This document shows, piece by piece, positions 9,643-16,323 of a DNA stretch of 16,323 bases. How positions within the stretch are numbered: position 1 is the stretch's first letter; the number at the start of each line of letters is the position of its first letter. The DNA is taken from assembly GCA_039801565.1 (NCBI GenBank), contig JBDRUX010000055.1, forward strand, positions 1 through 16,323, given 5' to 3'. A program made the position numbers and the translations under genes. The notes under the pieces are model-generated. The model was not told the DNA's origin and did not search any database. It saw only the letters and a program-made list of their open reading frames with translations. The DNA is from a candidate division WOR-3 bacterium (lineage in GTDB: Bacteria; Hydrothermota; Tepidihabitantia; Tepidihabitantales; JAOUPE01).

Positions 9643-9724
9643 GTCTAACAGTTCCAGCATATACGAAGTTTCGGCGAAGCCGAAATTTGGACGAACGAAG
9701 TGAGCCGCATATGCTGTGTTAGAT
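9643..9724 (-). mobile_element. Complete attC recombination site (82 bp)
   Basis: On the - strand: R'' ATCTAAC, arm acagcatatgcg, central hairpin tttcggc...gccgaaa, arm cgtatatgctg, R' GTTAGAC. It lies between two same-orientation genes. Confidence 0.9.
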
Positions 9725-9747
9725 GAAGTTGCCCGCATCATTTATTT

Positions 9748-10564
9748 TTACTGACTTTCAATTCTACCTCTTTGCTTTGATGTGTAACCTACTATGTAAT
9801 CTGCAAGAGATATAGTTGCTACAAGAATAATTGTTGAAGCAGAAGCCACAGCTACACACTCAATCGCAAGTAAATATTGACCCGTCGAAATGAAGGTGAC
9901 TGAACCCAGACCACCTGCAATAAGAGGAGCGTATCAGAAGATATCTTAGTCGATTGACCAAAAGGAATATGATGTTGGCTAATACCACCAAGGGTGGAGA
10001 CAACATTTGCTGGAGAAATGGCTGTGGTCCTTACTCGAATTGCAGTTACCATTGATTCTGATCTGATTTCATCTCTCGAGAAAAATTCTGAAATCCTTTC
10101 TCGAGGATGCCGTGGCAGTATTGGTGGAAATGGGAATATATAAGACGGCCAAGGACCAAACATGTTAGAAATATCGGCAGATGATAACTGACAAAGCATA
10201 ACGTCATTAGCCAGGATGTGCTTATCTTCTTCCATCCAAAATTTTTAAGGCTATCTTCTGAACTCACGATACCATTCGTGTATAAACATCTAAAATGGAG
10301 GACCGTAAAACTCGTAGTAGAAATACTCCAATTCATTCGAAAACTCGAGGTCACTTAGGACCTGCAAAGACCTTTTATGCTCTTGTTAGTCTGTCATATC
10401 AGCTTTAGTTATGCCAAATATCTGAGTAGTTAATTTTTTTAACTAACATTAATGTAAGCTTCGGAAATAGGCATTGTAGTTATATTCAGCATTGTAGAAA
10501 GATTTTTGGGTATAATTGACCGTTGAATAACACTACCAACAACTTCTGAAATTTCTTTTTCCAT
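9748..10564 (-). pseudogene. Decayed cassette gene of about 270 codons with a hydrophobic C-terminus; function unknown
   Basis: AGAGG RBS and ATG (MEKEISEVVGSVIQRS) 38 bp from the start of the core site. Protein-like segments occur in all three frames, with at least 2 frameshifts and several TAA/TAG codons. The last segment IAGGLGSVTF...GRIESQ stops at 9748, just before the attC. Confidence 0.65.
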
Positions 10565-10595
10565 TCGTTCACTTCCTCTTTATGCGGGCAATTTC

Positions 10596-10702
10596 ATCTA
10601 ACTCTTTCCTATCCGAATCAAGTTCGGATATCCTTCCAATTTTGGTGGTATAGACGAACCAGTTTCGGTTATACCACCCTCTAACCGAACTGTTGTCAGA
10701 TA
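10596..10702 (-). mobile_element. Putative attI site: core GTTAGAT plus three upstream palindromic boxes
   Basis: GTTAGAT at 10602-10596 opens cassette 1 and has no attC-type R'' partner upstream. Boxes: TATCCGAA-N5-TTCGGATA (10610-10630), TAGACGAA-N5-TTCGGTTA (10651-10671), TAACCGAA-N5-GTCAGATA (10682-10702). Confidence 0.65.
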
Positions 10703-10711
10703 AAAGCACTC

Positions 10712-10795
10712 TCATTTTTGCTGGTCTAAATTTAATCGGTTCATCGCCACTTTTTGGTCTCTTCTAAACCCTGCTTTTATCCGTTTAATTTTCAT
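10712..10795 (-). CDS. Possible 27-aa leaderless small ORF (MKIKRIKAGFRRDQKVAMNRLNLDQQK)
   Basis: ATG lies 6 nt after a -10 hexamer; the stop codon is just upstream of the attI-like boxes. No homology recognised. Confidence 0.3.
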   Translation of the reverse strand: MKIKRIKAGFRRDQKVAMNRLNLDQQK

Positions 10796-10801
10796 ACTTT
10801 C

Positions 10802-10829
10802 AATATACCAAAATCTTTCCCTTAGTCAA
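10802..10829 (-). promoter_or_regulatory. Candidate cassette promoter (Pc-like)
   Basis: TTGACT-N16-TATATT with an extended TGn motif, pointing into the array. Confidence 0.65.
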
Positions 10830-10852
10830 GAGCTGTAATCACAGTTTCAACA

Positions 10853-10898
10853 GGCATTGAGGATAAAACGATTGCCATCCCAATCGAATCGCAATGAC
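10853..10898. repeat. Degenerate REP-like palindromic element
   Basis: ggcattgagg...gattgcca...tcgcaatgac resembles the GTCATTGCGA...GATTGC...TCGCAATGAC class of intergenic palindromes. Confidence 0.35.
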
Positions 10899-10965
10899 AG
10901 AGGGTTTTTGCATAACCTTCTTAACCTTTAATCAAACCATTTACCAAACGATGAGGAGTCTTTAT

Positions 10966-11392
10966 TTAAGTCCCAATATAACCAGTTATTGCTGCAATAA
11001 ATTCTCGAAAATCATTCAGGTTTTGTTTTAGATTTTGATAGACTGACTCTGGGTCAACTCCTAAATATTCATGCACTAAGATATTCCGAAAGCGAACCAG
11101 ACCCTTCATCCTTATCTGCCACTGCTGAATTGATAATTTCAGCCTTGGCTAACCTTAAAAATAGATTCTCCTCTTCATCCGGTAGTTCAAGTCGCTTTCG
11201 GGCTAAAAGATAATTTGCAATGTCAATACAAATTTGAGTAGCCAATTGTAAGCGTCGTTCAACTGCAGCTTGCAGGTCTTCATTTTTTAGATAATCTTCA
11301 CGATTCACAGAAGCGTTCTTTTCTAAAGTTGAAAGGATTCGGTCCAAGCGATTAAGCCGACGATAAATGATTTCTTTATCTAATGGTCCCAT
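10966..11392 (-). pseudogene. HEPN (DUF86/HepT-like) RNase toxin with a 1-bp frameshift
   Basis: MGPLDKEII...AVERRLQLATQICIDIA. One extra base near 11110-11111 (AAG G ATG); the shifted frame continues MKGLVRFRNILVHEYLGVD...YIGT* and contains the RX4H motif. Corrected length is 141 aa. Confidence 0.9.
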
Positions 11393-11798
11393 AATCTTTT
11401 GCCTTTTCGTAAAGAATCCTGGCAATAACTCGTTGATAATGTTTCTGGAAGTAATATTTACCCATCGCCTTAGCTTCAAACAGTGCACGGGTGGTTGGGT
11501 CCTTTTCAAAAATCAGAGTCCCGCGGATTGCCCGAAAAACTAAACCCGGATCGGCTCGATTCAATACCACAACGTCAACACTTCGCTGTAATACTTCCTG
11601 TAGGCGATTGCCCAATTTTATTTCTAAATCAAATATCTGGAATTTGTTTAGCGAATTGTCAAATAAGACCGCAATATCAATGTCACTCTTTTTATGTTCA
11701 TAACCTTCCAAAACCGAACCAAATAGATAACCAACAACAACCTCCGGTGTTTCAATTAAAATTCTTTTGGTTTTAGCGATTATTTTTTTAATTGTCAT
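11376..11798 (-). CDS. Minimal nucleotidyltransferase antitoxin (MntA-like, type VII TA)
   Basis: YLFGSVLEGYEHKKSDIDIAV (GSX10DXD) and VDVVVLN motifs; overlaps the HEPN start by 17 bp. Confidence 0.92.
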   Translation of the reverse strand: MTIKKIIAKTKRILIETPEVVVGYLFGSVLEGYEHKKSDIDIAVLFDNSLNKFQIFDLEIKLGNRLQEVLQRSVDVVVLNRADPGLVFRAIRGTLIFEKDPTTRALFEAKAMGKYYFQKHYQRVIARILYEKAKDYGTIR

Positions 11799-11804
11799 AA
11801 TCTA

Positions 11805-11832
11805 ACGATAGTTGAAAATGAAACAATGTCAA
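11805..11832 (-). promoter_or_regulatory. Promoter of the MNT-HEPN operon, probably leaderless
   Basis: TTGACA-N16-TATCGT, 6 nt before the ATG, with no Shine-Dalgarno sequence. Confidence 0.6.
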
Positions 11833-11898
11833 GGCCCAAGTTTAAAAATTTTGAGAAAGATGAAATCGATTCTTTTAGTAATTTTTTACTGAATTATT

Positions 11899-13377
11899 TT
11901 ACCGCGTTAGAATAATCCTGGTTGAGTAAATTTCTTTGCCAATAATGAGCCGAGCGAAATAAACCCCCGGAGGCATTGGTTGACCAGTTTGATTATTGCC
12001 GTTCCATTCAATCTTGTAATTCCCGGCTTTTTGTGATTTTGGGGCAAAGGCATAAACGGGTCTGCCGGCTAAGTCATAAATTATGATTTGCGAAGTTCCT
12101 GCTTTCTCTAGCCAGTATTCGATCTTGACGGGAATTCGTTGTGGTGATTTTGCCTGAATTCGATTTGTCCTGGCTAAACCAATTTTTGATTCTTTAATCT
12201 CAGTGGCTAATTCACCAACTGAGAAGATAATTACTGGATAATTATTCGCCGGGATGCCAAGCGCATTGATGATTGCGGAACGTTCAGTAGGGGATAGTGG
12301 GACAGTGAGAAATCCGGATAGTCCCAAAGCCTTGGCTTGCATTAAATATTGAATTCCAGTAAAGCCGGCTTCAAGCATATTATAATTTGAACTCGTGTCA
12401 CTAACCGTGATGACAATATAAACCGGCGCGGTGGATGGGATTCGAGAAGATGCAGCACGAAGCTGAGTTCGGCGGTCTTCATTGGTCACAAGTTCAAGGC
12501 GATGGTCAGCAGTAGTCAGATTTGTGCCCGGTGGTAAACGGTTGTGATAGCGAAAGACTCCACTATCATTTACTAAGTAAATTTTACCGGTTAGATAATA
12601 ATTAGCAATCGCGGAGGGAACAGTTAAACCACGCCGATTATTAGAAGTCATATGCGGCGTCACGCCATAACCCGCCCACAATAATTGAGAAATCGTTTGC
12701 TGTGAAAGCGGTATCGGACTAAAAATTGAATCTTGCTCTAAATTGGTTAAGAGGACTTCAAAGGTATCAGGACCACCGGTGCTGGGTAAAGGTAAAGTTG
12801 AATCGGATGAAATTGCGACGCAAGTAGAATTAAGACCAGTTCTTGTTGCCTGACCATACACATTGACCATTTTGATTGGATGCGTTGGATTCCAATTGTT
12901 GTTGGCATAATTGGTGGCAAATTGCATTGGACAAGAGACCACATTACTATTGGCGGAATCCCAAAAGGCACAAGCCGCAAGTAAACCTACCTGAATCGCA
13001 AACCCGCAGTCTTCATAACGGTCAGAAGCAATTCCAATTTCAAAGGCGGAACTTGCTGAGTAACGATGATTGCCGGCAAGGTGTAAATTTAAAGTATGCG
13101 ACTGGGGGTCGTATTGATAAACATTAGTTGGAGTAGCCACATAAACTTCCCAATAAGGGCTGATTCTTGGCACCCGGTTCATTGCCCAAAGGATATTAGC
13201 AAGAACCTGATTGGAAAGTGAACTACTAAAACCGGAGTGAACCGAATAGCGGCTATTAGAAAGAATCTCAAATGAGTGACGATTGACAATCGGAGCCGGT
13301 AAAGTTTCAATCTGGGCAAAGAGAGTAGCCACAAAAATTGCACTAGCCAAAATAATAAGGTTAGAAAAATACTTCAT
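11899..13377 (-). CDS. Secreted protein with two nitroreductase (SagB-like) modules and a C-terminal FlgD-Ig/T9SS-type-A-like domain
   Basis: Signal peptide. Module 2: ISQLLWAGYG...RGLTVPSA...IYLV...GVFRY...LEAG...AKALGL. Module 1 echoes it: LANILWA...EVYV...VYQYDP. C-terminus IYDLAGR...WNG...GVYF. AAGGAGG RBS. Confidence 0.75.
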   Translation of the reverse strand: MKYFSNLIILASAIFVATLFAQIETLPAPIVNRHSFEILSNSRYSVHSGFSSSLSNQVLANILWAMNRVPRISPYWEVYVATPTNVYQYDPQSHTLNLHLAGNHRYSASSAFEIGIASDRYEDCGFAIQVGLLAACAFWDSANSNVVSCPMQFATNYANNNWNPTHPIKMVNVYGQATRTGLNSTCVAISSDSTLPLPSTGGPDTFEVLLTNLEQDSIFSPIPLSQQTISQLLWAGYGVTPHMTSNNRRGLTVPSAIANYYLTGKIYLVNDSGVFRYHNRLPPGTNLTTADHRLELVTNEDRRTQLRAASSRIPSTAPVYIVITVSDTSSNYNMLEAGFTGIQYLMQAKALGLSGFLTVPLSPTERSAIINALGIPANNYPVIIFSVGELATEIKESKIGLARTNRIQAKSPQRIPVKIEYWLEKAGTSQIIIYDLAGRPVYAFAPKSQKAGNYKIEWNGNNQTGQPMPPGVYFARLIIGKEIYSTRIILTR

Positions 13378-13400
13378 AAGCCTCCTTAGATTCTACTAAC

Positions 13401-13428
13401 AATTTACCTTGTTTTGTCCAATTGTCAA
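13401..13428 (-). promoter_or_regulatory. Promoter of the nitroreductase-like gene
   Basis: TTGACA-N16-TAAATT upstream of the RBS at 13381-13387. Confidence 0.6.
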
Positions 13429-13551
13429 TAAATTCTTAAAAATCTATTGAGTTGTTTTGTATCACATAATTTATCAATGCAATGGTTTTAAAGCAGTTAA
13501 AGGGTCAGATTTGGCGACATATTGATTGATAATTTGAGGTTAATTTTTTGC

Positions 13552-13579
13552 TTGACATTTGCCAAATTTTGACTATAAA
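13552..13579 (+). promoter_or_regulatory. Promoter of the 23S rRNA gene
   Basis: TTGACA-N16-TATAAA after a T-rich tract. A possible second overlapping promoter is TTGACT(13569)-N17-TAAATT. Confidence 0.6.
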
Positions 13580-13597
13580 TATTATACTAAATAAATT

Positions 13598-13610
13598 TGC
13601 TCTTTGACAA
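13598..13610 (+). promoter_or_regulatory. rRNA antitermination boxA
   Basis: TGCTCTTTGACAA, one mismatch to the boxA consensus TGCTCTTTAACAA, about 20 bp before the 23S gene. Confidence 0.85.
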
Positions 13611-13631
13611 TTGGGATTGGCAGGTTTCTTT

Positions 13632-16323
<2,692 letters not shown>

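Noticed and set aside
9852..10354. 127-aa and 102-aa ORFs as independent genes
   Set aside because: They overlap in different frames and are better explained as a fragment and an off-frame shadow of one decayed cassette gene.
10236..10460. Stop-codon reassignment to explain the TAA/TAG codons in cassette 1
   Set aside because: Frameshifts are needed as well, and TAA terminates normal genes in this window.
11069..11509. 146-aa ORF as listed in the track
   Set aside because: Its N-terminal extension overlaps the MNT gene and its C-terminus is frameshift read-out. The real HEPN gene spans 11392-10966.
11800..11806. GTTAGAT just before the MNT start, suggesting the TA is a cassette
   Set aside because: No matching RYYYAAC or attC follows the HEPN stop, and the site overlaps the -10 region.

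Overview
Bacterial chromosomal window. Two exported proteins end in FlgD-Ig/T9SS-type-A-like domains, which suggests an FCB-related lineage such as WOR-3 (inference only). Left to right on the + strand: an envelope/glycosylation-type operon (SAM methyltransferase, flippase-like membrane protein, YfhO-family protein, radC), then a secreted Kelch-repeat protein with its own promoter, then a block of 12-bp and 7-bp tandem repeats. On the - strand follows an integron-like cassette array with no integrase in the window. It consists of a promoter, an attI-like region with three helically phased palindromes, cassette 1 (a heavily decayed gene), an intact attC, cassette 2 (an intact 840-aa MgtA-type P-type ATPase), and a second attC cut off by the 12-bp repeat. 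An MNT/HEPN toxin-antitoxin pair with a frameshifted toxin sits where intI would be expected. After it come a secreted tandem nitroreductase-like protein and a 23S rRNA gene with its own promoter and boxA but no upstream 16S. Five promoter-like elements share a TTGAC(A/T)-N16-(-10) layout.
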